DNA from: Promethearchaeota archaeon
GTDB lineage: Archaea > Asgardarchaeota > Lokiarchaeia > Sigyniarchaeales > SOKP01
Reading direction: 5' to 3'
Length of the DNA stretch: 28,935 nt
Assembly: GCA_016930515.1 (NCBI GenBank)
Contig: JAFGGO010000112.1
Location: 1-28,935 of the forward strand
In this document: in pieces, positions 1 to 9,065 of the stretch
How the letters are laid out: every line of letters starts with the position of its first letter
Numbering within the stretch: position 1 is the first letter of the stretch
Position numbers and translations under genes: made by a program
Notes under the pieces: generated by a model
Seen by the model: only the letters and a program-made list of their open reading frames with translations
The model's database searches: none
What the model was told of the DNA's origin: nothing

Positions 1-46
1 CTATTAAGTGATTAATCAATACGATTAAGTATTACGATGATAAAAA

Positions 47-1747
47 ATGGTAGAAAATTTACAGTTCATCTATAAAGAAGAATATTGGTTTATCAGTGCC
101 TTTTTAAAAACTTCAAATCGTTCAGACGATAAAAAAACATCCGTAATAAACGGTCTTAAAAAAAGCAAGGAAATAGAAGAACTTTTAAGAAAAAAGCTTA
201 ATACTTTAAAGGATAATGACATTTTCAGAAAAGACTTAAAAGACGAGATTCTTGAATTGGCCCGAAACATTTCCTTGAGTTGTTCTTGGAAAGCTTACAT
301 GACGAACTTTCCTTATAACGACGAGAATAGCGAACGCAGTTACGATACATTAGGTTTCTTTCAATTTGATGTGGAATATTACAAGAACGACCCGAATAAA
401 AAACAATCGATACGTCCAATACTCATCCAACAGATCCCCTACATAGTTTTAAACGAGCTAAAATCCTTTGCAAATAGGGAAGAAAACAAGGGAATATTAT
501 TTGACACCGAGAGCCCAATTTATGTGTTTGTCACTTCTGATAAAACCACCCCCGCTGAAATTAGCTGGAATCCTCAGAACATTGATAAATACAAGAAAGT
601 CATATCATACTGGACGGAAGTTTATTCCGGTCAATGGGAGGATTATTCAGTAACACTTTACGATAAAAGAACAGAAAATAACTTGTCAAACCGACTTTCA
701 GAGCTCCATTTCATTAGAAGGAACTCAGGTTTCATTTACATGGCAGAACAGAATTACATTGATTTTTTCGAATCTTATATGAAGAAATGGGTTTTAGATC
801 CTACACCAAAAATAAGAGCCGTGTTGTTTGCTTTTAGAACGATTAACGAATCCTTAGACCTGCTGTTCTTAAAAACAAATTCGGATGTTTTCATGAATTT
901 AGAAACGATAGAGAAAAAGATCAAGAACCTACGCCTTTTACGTGGTTTAATCCAAACACAGTTAAGCGCCATATATAACGAATTAGATTACAATCGAAGA
1001 CAACATTACACGAGTGTTTTAAATCACCTCATTCAGGAATTTGGCTTGAAAAACATTGAAACGCGTGTGAATGAGAAATTTACAACGATATACGACGCGA
1101 TGGAAGAGTTATACCTCAAGAAAAACGAGGAAAACCAGAAGAGGACCGAAAAAGGATTAAACCTATTGAATTTATTGTTTGGAGCGGGTGTTTTAGCAGA
1201 TTTAGTAGGAGTTCTCATGATCGCTCTAACATGGGGTGAAGGAAATCCGGGAGCAATAGCTTTAAACGCAATAGTAGGTGTATTTATCATTGCAATTCTC
1301 GTAGCAACAATCGCGGTTAATGTACGCTTGAAGTTTAAAATCAAAGAGGAAAACATCGGGAAAACAGTGGATGCCGTAATAGAAGATGGTAAGGGTAATG
1401 TAGTTTTAATTAAAAGAAAATATCCACCATTCAAGGATTATCTAGCACTTCCAGGAGGATTTATCGAAAAGGGAGAAACACCACAGAAGGCTCTATTAAG
1501 AGAAGTGAAAGAAGAAACGAACTTAACGGTAAGAATCGTTGAGAAAATCGGCCTTTACGACGATGAAGGTAGAGATCCCCGTGGTATTGTTCATTCTACA
1601 GCCTTTAAGTGCAAAATCGTAGGAGAAGTATCCGACATGAAAAGCGGAGACGATTCACAACAAGTAGGCTTATATTCAATAAACCAATTAAAGAACAAGA
1701 ACCTTGCGTTCGATCACAAAAAAATTCTCAAAGACGCTGGTCTTTAA
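47..1747 (+). CDS. Membrane protein: CorA/DUF155-like N-terminal domain, 2 TM helices, C-terminal Nudix (ADP-ribose pyrophosphatase-type) domain
   Basis: 566 aa. Nudix box GGFIEKGETPQKALLREVKEETNL plus RDPRG, GDD and LAFDH motifs. Two hydrophobic helices (~aa 371-427) follow a long amphipathic stalk helix. The N-terminal family assignment is tentative. Confidence 0.75.
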   Translation: MVENLQFIYKEEYWFISAFLKTSNRSDDKKTSVINGLKKSKEIEELLRKKLNTLKDNDIFRKDLKDEILELARNISLSCSWKAYMTNFPYNDENSERSYDTLGFFQFDVEYYKNDPNKKQSIRPILIQQIPYIVLNELKSFANREENKGILFDTESPIYVFVTSDKTTPAEISWNPQNIDKYKKVISYWTEVYSGQWEDYSVTLYDKRTENNLSNRLSELHFIRRNSGFIYMAEQNYIDFFESYMKKWVLDPTPKIRAVLFAFRTINESLDLLFLKTNSDVFMNLETIEKKIKNLRLLRGLIQTQLSAIYNELDYNRRQHYTSVLNHLIQEFGLKNIETRVNEKFTTIYDAMEELYLKKNEENQKRTEKGLNLLNLLFGAGVLADLVGVLMIALTWGEGNPGAIALNAIVGVFIIAILVATIAVNVRLKFKIKEENIGKTVDAVIEDGKGNVVLIKRKYPPFKDYLALPGGFIEKGETPQKALLREVKEETNLTVRIVEKIGLYDDEGRDPRGIVHSTAFKCKIVGEVSDMKSGDDSQQVGLYSINQLKNKNLAFDHKKILKDAGL

Positions 1748-1859
1748 ATTAAAACCTAATTCTTTTTTATCATTCTTAATTTTTTAAACTATAAATATTA
1801 GTTTTATGATGATCTAAATCATACAACACTTAAGAACATACTAAGGGACGAAAATAAGA

Positions 1860-2396
1860 ATGAGTTTAACGCCGTTAATAATGGAAAGTCCCGTTAATGG
1901 GAAAAAACCTCAAATACACGAGTCCGTGTTTATTGCTCCAACAGCCACGATTATTGGAGACGTTGTGATCGGAAAAGGATCAAACATATGGTTTGGCGCC
2001 GTTCTAAGGGGAGATTGGTGCAAGATTGTAATTGGAAAAAACACGAGCATCCAGGAAAATGTCACAGTTCACTCTGAGAGAAATACGACGGTTATTATCG
2101 GTTCGGATTGCATTGTTGGGCATCACGCCATGGTTCACGGACCGTGTGTCGTCGAAGACGGATGCCTCGTGGGAATTGGCTCAAATCTCTTACATAATTC
2201 CTTGCTTGGTAAGGGTTCGCTTCTTGCGGCAGGTGCTGTCCTCGTCAACAAGCAAATTCCTCCTAGAAGTTTGGTAGTTGGAGTGCCCGCCGAAATTAAA
2301 AAAAAATTCCCTGACGAAAGCCCTTTGAAAGGAGAAGAAACTTCGGGAGAATATGTTGAAAATGGCATATTTTTCAAGAAATATTTTGAAAAATAA
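1860..2396 (+). CDS. Gamma-carbonic anhydrase family (hexapeptide-repeat, YrdA/PaaY-like) protein
   Basis: IHESVFIAPTATIIGDVVIG, IWFGAVLRGD, IQENVTVH and GHHAMVHG metal-binding His pattern. Confidence 0.92.
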   Translation: MSLTPLIMESPVNGKKPQIHESVFIAPTATIIGDVVIGKGSNIWFGAVLRGDWCKIVIGKNTSIQENVTVHSERNTTVIIGSDCIVGHHAMVHGPCVVEDGCLVGIGSNLLHNSLLGKGSLLAAGAVLVNKQIPPRSLVVGVPAEIKKKFPDESPLKGEETSGEYVENGIFFKKYFEK

Positions 2397-2545
2397 GTTA
2401 TTATCTAATTTATTTTATCAACAAAAGGATTTTTAGAATTAAGATCCTATAGGAATTTTCTTAACACGACATCATTTCTTCTGAGAAATAAAGCAGATAT
2501 TTTGTTAATTTTCTTGAATATCGTTATGCATAGACTTAAATTTTC

Positions 2546-2575
2546 TTAATTCATATTTGTATAAAAATGAATTAA
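2546..2575. promoter_or_regulatory. Inverted repeat upstream of the MCP gene (possible operator)
   Basis: TTAATTCAT-N12-ATGAATTAA ending 17 bp before the ATG at 2593; AT-rich, so could be chance. Confidence 0.3.
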
Positions 2576-2592
2576 TTAAATAGTGAACCCCA

Positions 2593-3546
2593 ATGCTGCA
2601 ATTTTACGACAATTACATTAATATTCTAATTCTTTTACCCTTATGTCTTGTATTTTTAATCGTTTTTTCTTATTTCATTCTTAATAAACAGTTTAAATCT
2701 GTAGAATTCAGAGTTGCAATAATATTAAGCGTATTACCAATAATAATTGCAGAACTTGCTTTCCTTCAGATTGGTGTATTTCAAAATTCGATCCTTAGCG
2801 CTTTTATCTTGTATTGTTTAGGGATAATTATTTCATTATTTGATATTTATTATGCTACTAAGATTATACGAAACCAGAGACAAGAGCTCGATGCAAGATC
2901 AGCTAGATTGAAGGATGTGATGAATAAGGCAACAGATAATTCGGTTAATGTTTCAAACATTGCTACCGAACTTGCGGCAAGTTCGAGCGAGGTAAACGCA
3001 GCTTCAGAGGAAATATCGTCCACAACCCAACTTGCTTCAATGAATGTTGCACAACAATCAGCTTCATTGCTTGAAATTAAAAATATAATGAAACAGATTT
3101 TTGATTTTTCGAATGAGGTGATAAAGTCCTCGAAACAAATTAACCAAATTATGGGTTTAATCGTTTCTATCTCGGAGCAAACCAACCTGCTTGCGCTTAA
3201 CGCAAGTATAGAAGCAGGAAGGGCCGGTGAACAAGGGAGGGGATTTGCGGTTGTTGCTGACGAGGTGAGAAAACTTGCAGAAGAATCAAAAAACGCCGTA
3301 GGAAAAACGGGATCTCAAATTGAAACAATTCTCGCTCAACTTGCCAATACAGGGGATTTAATCAACATAATAACTGAAAGAATAGAAAATGTTTCTAATT
3401 TATCCGAAGAGAGCGCACAAGCAATGGAAGGTATCTCGGCGTCGGCAGAAGAACAAACCGCTTCAATGCAAGAGATCTCAGCCACGGCTAGCAGGCTTGG
3501 ATCACTCGCAGAAGATCTGAAAAGCACGCTCACAAAATTTAAGTGA
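2593..3546 (+). CDS. Methyl-accepting chemotaxis (MCP) signalling-domain membrane protein
   Basis: Three N-terminal TM segments; hairpin-tip motif [37 protein letters not shown]. Confidence 0.92.
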   Translation: MLQFYDNYINILILLPLCLVFLIVFSYFILNKQFKSVEFRVAIILSVLPIIIAELAFLQIGVFQNSILSAFILYCLGIIISLFDIYYATKIIRNQRQELDARSARLKDVMNKATDNSVNVSNIATELAASSSEVNAASEEISSTTQLASMNVAQQSASLLEIKNIMKQIFDFSNEVIKSSKQINQIMGLIVSISEQTNLLALNASIEAGRAGEQGRGFAVVADEVRKLAEESKNAVGKTGSQIETILAQLANTGDLINIITERIENVSNLSEESAQAMEGISASAEEQTASMQEISATASRLGSLAEDLKSTLTKFK

Positions 3547-3598
3547 TTCAAGAATAATAAAGAAAATTTCCTAAGAACAAAAGAAAGAAAAGATTTTT

Positions 3599-4060
3599 TT
3601 ATTCCAAGAGCTCGTCGATGAGGTCCGCTGAAATGGATGACATCTCACCGAAAGTCATAGCGTCTTGGAGGTTTCCGTCGATGGAAAGATCGCCTGACAT
3701 GTACGCCGAAGTCGCTTCTAATTCACCAGATAAGATCAATACCATCTTTTCCGCCATTGCGCTCATAGTCACGGTAACATCAGAACCCTCCCCTTCTCCG
3801 AACTCAAACTTGTTCGAAGGAGCGGAAATCCAAAATTTCATATCGCCGTCTTTAAATTTCAATACGATTTGCATGCACAAACTCGTGTCTTCCGCTAATT
3901 CTTGCAGGTCTTCGTCTTCTTCCGATAATTGCTTGAAGACGGTAAAGACCGTGGAGATAAAATCCCTTGCAACCTCTCGATTAATCGACTCAGGTTTTAA
4001 TGGATTTTGTCGCCATACCTTCAATTTTGCTATCAAGTCTTGATCAACCAATCTTTCCAA
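3599..4060 (-). CDS. SCP2 sterol/lipid-binding domain protein
   Basis: C-terminal ILSGELEATSAYMSGDLSIDGNLQDAM is typical of SCP2; TTG start. Confidence 0.85.
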   Translation of the reverse strand: MERLVDQDLIAKLKVWRQNPLKPESINREVARDFISTVFTVFKQLSEEDEDLQELAEDTSLCMQIVLKFKDGDMKFWISAPSNKFEFGEGEGSDVTVTMSAMAEKMVLILSGELEATSAYMSGDLSIDGNLQDAMTFGEMSSISADLIDELLE

Positions 4061-4153
4061 CCTTTGTTTGATTTAAATATTTAAATTATATATTTTTAAT
4101 ACTCATATATAGATAATTTGTATTAAAAAAGGATTTCCTTTTCTTTCTTTCGA

Positions 4154-4167
4154 TTTACTTAAGTAAA
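4154..4167. promoter_or_regulatory. Perfect 14-bp palindrome in divergent promoter region
   Basis: TTTACTTAAGTAAA flanked by CTTTCTTT...AAAGAAAG, between the SCP2 and UroD-like genes. Confidence 0.35.
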
Positions 4168-4226
4168 AAAAGAAAGGATATAAAACAAAAAAGACTAAAA
4201 TTTAAACTCATGACTCTAAACTCATT

Positions 4227-5396
4227 ATGAATTTTTCCAAACGCGAGCGCGTGCTTTGCGCTTTAGAGCTCCATGGAGAACCGGACAAAATTCCCATTCA
4301 CAATTCGGGTTTTGAGAAAACAGCTTCTTCCTATCAAGCATTCTTGAAATCGAAGGAATATCCGGAAGATAAAATTGGTTTAAAAGCAAATCAAGAGCGA
4401 TATTTTGGTCTTACAGAGCGTGAACTTGCAGAAATCAGGTTTTGGAACGCCGATTGCCAAGAAATGGACCCTTTTGGCGATAAATTAATCTCGAAAACAA
4501 TATCCAATCCTCAAGGACATCCCGGATTAGAGTTGAATCCTCTAAACGGTAAACTCTACGCCTTCAAACCACAAGTAGATACAGGAATACTCTATAGGTG
4601 GTATATCGACGGATATTTCAAGACGCCCGAAGCGCTGCGCGAGTGTTGGGATCGTTACGGCAAACCCTTTGACTATATTAAAGACGAAATTAATTATTCT
4701 TCTAAAATTTGGAATGATTATGTTGATTTTCTATCCCCCCATGTATATCCTATGGCTCGTTTAGGCGTTGCCATGCACGAGGCACTCTTTGAAGGGATGA
4801 CCATAGCACGAGCAGTTTATTACATGCGAAAGAATCCGTCCTTTGTTCACGAGGTCATGGCAGAATATCTCAAGGTGAATCTTGAACTTATCAAGCGGCT
4901 TGATGAGGTTGGAGTCGACATTGTTTTCTATTACGACGATCTAGGATATAAGGGCAGTTCAATTTTTTCGCTCGAGCATTTTCGGACATTCATCCTCCCA
5001 TATTACAAAAAACTATATGAGGAGTGTAAAAAAAGAAGCATGTTTATCGTTCAGCATTCATGCGGATACATCGACGAGTTTCTGCCAGATATGACAAGTG
5101 CAGGCCTGAATTGCATTCAAGCCCTGGAACCTGCTGCGGGCGTGAATTTAAAAGTCTTAAAGGAATCGTTAGGCGATAAGCTCGCTTTCATGGGCGGAAT
5201 CGATGCGACTCATGCGCTTAATTTCGGGACCTCCAAAGAAATCGAGTCTGAGGTAAAAAAAAGAATACACGAAACCGCTCATGGGGGAGGTTACATTGCG
5301 GGTCTCAGCCACAACGTTTTAAACGCACCTTGGAATAACATTCTTATCTATCGAGCGGCATTAGAAAAATTTAGGAAGTATCCCTTGACTGTTTAA
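4227..5396 (+). CDS. Uroporphyrinogen decarboxylase / MtaA-CmuA methyltransferase family protein
   Basis: N-terminal KRERVLCAL..GEPDKIP, YDDLG, HSCG, FMGGID and GGGYI motifs. Confidence 0.85.
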   Translation: MNFSKRERVLCALELHGEPDKIPIHNSGFEKTASSYQAFLKSKEYPEDKIGLKANQERYFGLTERELAEIRFWNADCQEMDPFGDKLISKTISNPQGHPGLELNPLNGKLYAFKPQVDTGILYRWYIDGYFKTPEALRECWDRYGKPFDYIKDEINYSSKIWNDYVDFLSPHVYPMARLGVAMHEALFEGMTIARAVYYMRKNPSFVHEVMAEYLKVNLELIKRLDEVGVDIVFYYDDLGYKGSSIFSLEHFRTFILPYYKKLYEECKKRSMFIVQHSCGYIDEFLPDMTSAGLNCIQALEPAAGVNLKVLKESLGDKLAFMGGIDATHALNFGTSKEIESEVKKRIHETAHGGGYIAGLSHNVLNAPWNNILIYRAALEKFRKYPLTV

Positions 5397-5490
5397 AATG
5401 ATCTATTTCTACTTAAATAGTTCATATTTCACGAAAATATTATCATTTAAGACTCATTGAAGTGTCGTACTATCTCTAAGTCTTACTTTT

Positions 5491-5532
5491 AAAAAAAGAA
5501 TGTTCGTGTCATCATCATCACGAACAATCTTT
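5491..5532 (-). terminator. Stem-loop plus T-tract downstream of the ThiF-like gene
   Basis: Minus strand reads AAAGA-T-TGTTCGTG[ATGATGATGA]CACGAACA-T-TCTTT-TTTT, between convergent genes. Confidence 0.4.
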
Positions 5533-5680
5533 GGATTCATTTCAAGGTAATCATAAACCTTAAGAGAAAAAATATTATGGCGTTATCGAGCCTTATCTCA
5601 ATTTATTTTTAGGCTACTAAAAACAACAGGTATTAATTTGAGTTCGCCGCATGGTTTTGCCTTGTCTTAAAAGGGTTGAT

Positions 5681-6415
5681 TTAACTGCAGATGCAATCAT
5701 CAGCCTTCTCTATTTCCACCACATTGAAAGAGAGATCCAAGAGATTAACCATCAACAGCTTGTTTTCAAGATTGGGGAGACCTAAAGCCGTCTTGATGAC
5801 CTCAAGAGCTTCTAGTGTACCAAGGATCCCTGGCGTCACCCCTATTACGGGTAAGGGATCTGCAGAAATGTTTGGCGTTTCTGTTGAAGGCGAAAAAACG
5901 CACTGATAGCAAGCACTCTTTTTTGGGTTTACTGTTATGATTTGACCGTAAAAGTCCTTTATGCCCGCAATCACGCTTTTGATATTGTGTTCTACAGAAA
6001 CCTGATTAACCAAAAACTTCGTGTTGAGGTTATCGCTACAATCGACTATGAAATCTTGATCCTTGAGATACTTTTGTATCGAATTCTCATCCACATATTC
6101 CTTGTGAGCATTGATCTTTACTGTTGAATTGAGACCTAATAAAGTGTCTCTTGCAATGTCTACCTTGGGCTTGCCCACTTGTCGTTCGCTATAGAGCACT
6201 TGTCTTTGGAGGTTCGATAAAGACACGACATCGTTATCAACGATCGTAAGCTCTTTAATTCCTGCAGCCACCAAATACATTGCAAAAGGTGATCCAAGAC
6301 CTCCAGCTCCAATCTGCAGTACTTTAACTTCCGATAAGCGTTCTTGACCGCTCTCTCCGATCGAGGGCGATAAGATTTGTCGTGAATATCGTATTTTCTG
6401 GTCTTTTGTCAACAC
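5681..6415 (-). CDS. HesA/MoeB/ThiF family (E1-like) adenylyltransferase
   Basis: RYSRQI, IGAGGLGS, DNDVVSLSNLQRQ, DCSDN, CYQC; GTG start. Confidence 0.93.
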   Translation of the reverse strand: MLTKDQKIRYSRQILSPSIGESGQERLSEVKVLQIGAGGLGSPFAMYLVAAGIKELTIVDNDVVSLSNLQRQVLYSERQVGKPKVDIARDTLLGLNSTVKINAHKEYVDENSIQKYLKDQDFIVDCSDNLNTKFLVNQVSVEHNIKSVIAGIKDFYGQIITVNPKKSACYQCVFSPSTETPNISADPLPVIGVTPGILGTLEALEVIKTALGLPNLENKLLMVNLLDLSFNVVEIEKADDCICS

Positions 6416-6434
6416 TTTTTTTTTCCTTTTTTGT

Positions 6435-6803
6435 TTATTCCTCTCTTATTTTTAGGATGAATTCCTCCAATTCTATGAGAATAAGTCCGAGGTTTATATC
6501 GAGATGCAATAGACTCGCAACAATCAATCTTTCGTTAATGCCTAATATAACTATTTGGTAATTCTCAAATTCCACCGTGATATTTTTAATTTCAGGGTTT
6601 GTAAAGGATTCAACGGCCGTTTCGATCCCGTTGTATAATGTTGCTGCCATCGCTCCAAACTTGCGGTCGTCGAGGTCTAAAGGTAAATTAGAAGTAACTA
6701 AAATTCCGTTCCGATTTACAATAACGGTTCCGATAATGTCGCTTCCAAATTGTTCCAACCGGGCGAGTTCCTCGGTTATTTTTTCGATGTTTTCAGCAAT
6801 CAT
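6435..6803 (-). CDS. Roadblock/LC7 domain protein
   Basis: 122 aa; GTVIVNRNGILVTSNL, FGAMAATL and NLGLILIEL pattern. Confidence 0.85.
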   Translation of the reverse strand: MIAENIEKITEELARLEQFGSDIIGTVIVNRNGILVTSNLPLDLDDRKFGAMAATLYNGIETAVESFTNPEIKNITVEFENYQIVILGINERLIVASLLHLDINLGLILIELEEFILKIREE

Positions 6804-6894
6804 GGCATTATTTGATCGTATATGATAGAAAATAAGAGAGATATATATAATAACTTTTACGCATCAATCCTAGAATCGTGCGAATTAAACAAGT

Positions 6895-7779
6895 TTATTC
6901 TTTTTTTATTACTTCTTCAACAAAACGATCGATTAAGTGGCGTGCAATGCTTATTTTTGAAGGAATTTTTGGTAATTCTTCGATTTTGAACCACCTTGCA
7001 GTTGTTATTTCCCGACCGTCCGGAGTGATATCTCCACTATCAAAGTCGGCTGTAAAACCAATCATCAACGAGTTAGGAAACGGCCAAGGTTGACTTGCCA
7101 CATATTTTATATTCTTTATTTCAATTCCAACCTCTTCATTTACTTCTCTTTTGACCGCATCTTCTAAATTTTCTCCAGGATTGACGAAACCTGCGATGAC
7201 ACTATAGAGATCTTTAGGAAATTTGGCGTTGTGAGCAAGTAAAATTTTATCTCCCTTTTTCACGGAAACGATTATCGAAGGAGACACACGAGGATAATCT
7301 AAATATCCACAAGAAGGACATTTCTTTGCATATTGAAAAGAACTCAAGAACACTTCTGAGCCACATCGTCCACAGTAACCTGATTTTTGATACCAATCAA
7401 CGAGTTCAAACGCAATCGAGGCGATTTGCCACATGTTTTTATCTACTAAGAGCGCTAATTCACGCAAGTCAACGAAAGAAAATCGAACATTCTCTTCAAA
7501 ATTCAAATCGTTCATAAATTCTTTCGAGTCAAGAACACCGGTAAAACAAGATTCTCCTTTTAACATTCCAAACGAGATGTAAAAATTCGTGAAAGACTTA
7601 ATATCTGGACCTTCTGAACTATTATTTTTTATAAATAGTTCAGAGTTAAAATATGGAATGGATGTACTAGAACTTTCGGTTTTAATCAGTAATTTATTTT
7701 GATAAAATAAAAATCCCCAATTTTTTTGTTCTAAAGAATTTTTTCGTAATATTTCTGAAAATGTAAATTGATTTAGCAT
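6895..7779 (-). CDS. nudC: NAD(H) pyrophosphatase / NAD-cap decapping Nudix hydrolase
   Basis: Zn ribbon CGRCG...CPSCG, YPRVSP, Nudix box AGFVNPGENLEDAVKREVNEEVGI, diagnostic SQPWPFPNS. Confidence 0.95.
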   Translation of the reverse strand: MLNQFTFSEILRKNSLEQKNWGFLFYQNKLLIKTESSSTSIPYFNSELFIKNNSSEGPDIKSFTNFYISFGMLKGESCFTGVLDSKEFMNDLNFEENVRFSFVDLRELALLVDKNMWQIASIAFELVDWYQKSGYCGRCGSEVFLSSFQYAKKCPSCGYLDYPRVSPSIIVSVKKGDKILLAHNAKFPKDLYSVIAGFVNPGENLEDAVKREVNEEVGIEIKNIKYVASQPWPFPNSLMIGFTADFDSGDITPDGREITTARWFKIEELPKIPSKISIARHLIDRFVEEVIKKE

Positions 7780-7874
7780 AGAAAAATAAACTCCAATTAT
7801 ATGGATTTTTTTAAGAAATAATAATAATTGTTTGAAAAGAAATAGTTTTTTCTGTTTATTTAGGTTACCGTAGA

Positions 7875-8075
7875 TTACCTGTAAAAACCCTTGTTTCCAT
7901 CAAAAGGTCTGCATCTGTTTCTCCAACCAGGTTGTCTTATTTTTGCAGTTACTCCAAAACCACAGTAAGCACATTCTCCTTTCGATCTGTGATACGAATG
8001 GTGTCCACATCTCCTGCAGGTTTTATGCGACGCTGCCTTGTTCTTTTTCCCCTTACTTGGCGTTCCTTTTCCCAT
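7875..8075 (-). CDS. rpl37e: 50S ribosomal protein L37e
   Basis: MGKGTPS.GKKN, CRRCG...CAYCGFG zinc finger; SD-like AGGAG upstream. Confidence 0.97.
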   Translation of the reverse strand: MGKGTPSKGKKNKAASHKTCRRCGHHSYHRSKGECAYCGFGVTAKIRQPGWRNRCRPFDGNKGFYR

Positions 8076-8087
8076 CTAATCAACTCC

Positions 8088-8408
8088 TTAAAAATCATCT
8101 ATTTCTTGTCGGTGCATTAATTTTTCCTCATCAACATCTTCCATTTCGGATGATAGGATGATCTTTTCTCGGTCTTGTCCGATGAATATGATTGAGGCAC
8201 CCCTGATCATTACCGTCCCCAAGTCCTTGCTTCGTTTTCCACCCCTTCCAAAGTAGATTTCCTTGGCATCCTTTACCACGAGGTTCATATAGTTATCAAA
8301 ACGAACTAACTTGCCTGTGAGGTAAGTATTCCAAATCTTCAATTTTATTCGTACTTCGGGTTTCAAAATTGCTTTTGAAAGGGTCCTTGAAATTGTTGGT
8401 TGAGACAT
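8088..8408 (-). CDS. Sm-like (Lsm/SmAP) protein with acidic C-terminal extension
   Basis: Sm1 GKLVRFDNYMNLVVKDAKE and Sm2 IRGASIIFI; conserved archaeal position upstream of rpl37e; ATG at 8408 preferred over TTG at 8417. Confidence 0.9.
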   Translation of the reverse strand: MSQPTISRTLSKAILKPEVRIKLKIWNTYLTGKLVRFDNYMNLVVKDAKEIYFGRGGKRSKDLGTVMIRGASIIFIGQDREKIILSSEMEDVDEEKLMHRQEIDDF

Positions 8409-8571
8409 AATAATCAAGATCTAATTTATAACCTTAAAAGTGAAGAAAAAAATAAATACTTTACTAATCTGGGCTAAATGTTCGAATGTTTATATTTTAT
8501 TATAGATAGGATGGTTTATTTAATAAGTATTTAAATAAAATTTTTAACATTTCAATGATATAAAAATCTTA

Positions 8572-8591
8572 AATCGAATGATTATTCATGG
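8572..8591. promoter_or_regulatory. Degenerate copy of the island palindrome upstream of the DUF134 gene
   Basis: AATCGAAT-GATT-ATTCATGG (10/16 to consensus), just downstream of TATAAAAA and overlapping CTTAAAT. Confidence 0.5.
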
Positions 8592-8624
8592 ATCGTTCAA
8601 TTACACTACTTGATTTGAATTAAA

Positions 8625-9041
8625 ATGGGGAGAAGAGCTGGGAGAAGATGGGTCACTTACCCACCAAATAATTCATATTTTTCGGATACTAAACCAGCGG
8701 AAGAAAGTATAGTCCTGACGATGGCTGAATTCGAAGCCTTGCGCTTAAAACATTACATCAACCTTAATCAACAAGATGCGGCTAAAAAAATGGTCATTAG
8801 TCAACCTACATTTTCTCGCGTTTTAGAGCGAGCGCATCAGAAACTTACACAAGCTTTAATTGAAGGTAAGAGTATTAAGGTGTATGGAGGAAATTATAGT
8901 TTTAGAAAGGCTTTTTTGGGATATGGATGCTTGGATTGCAATCACGAGTGGGAAGACAAACACGCTTCGAAAGAAAAAAAAGTGGATTGCCCGAAATGCC
9001 AATCAGATAATGTTTATTATTTAGTAAAAGAAATAATATAA
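8625..9041 (+). CDS. DUF134 (UPF0251) HTH DNA-binding protein with C-terminal Zn ribbon
   Basis: EFEALRLKHY..LNQQDAAKKMVISQPTFSRVLERAHQKL..ALIEGK; CLDC...CPKC. Confidence 0.9.
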   Translation: MGRRAGRRWVTYPPNNSYFSDTKPAEESIVLTMAEFEALRLKHYINLNQQDAAKKMVISQPTFSRVLERAHQKLTQALIEGKSIKVYGGNYSFRKAFLGYGCLDCNHEWEDKHASKEKKVDCPKCQSDNVYYLVKEII

Positions 9042-9065
9042 AGAATTTTAAAAAAATTTAACATT

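Noticed and set aside
3618-4043. 141-aa plus-strand ORF and the other short overlapping ORFs in the track
   Set aside because: They overlap well-supported genes on the opposite strand or in another frame and have no family motifs.
5500-5550. 16-aa ORF MFVSSSSRTIFGFISR across the hairpin
   Set aside because: Too short, no SD or motif support; better explained by the inverted repeat.
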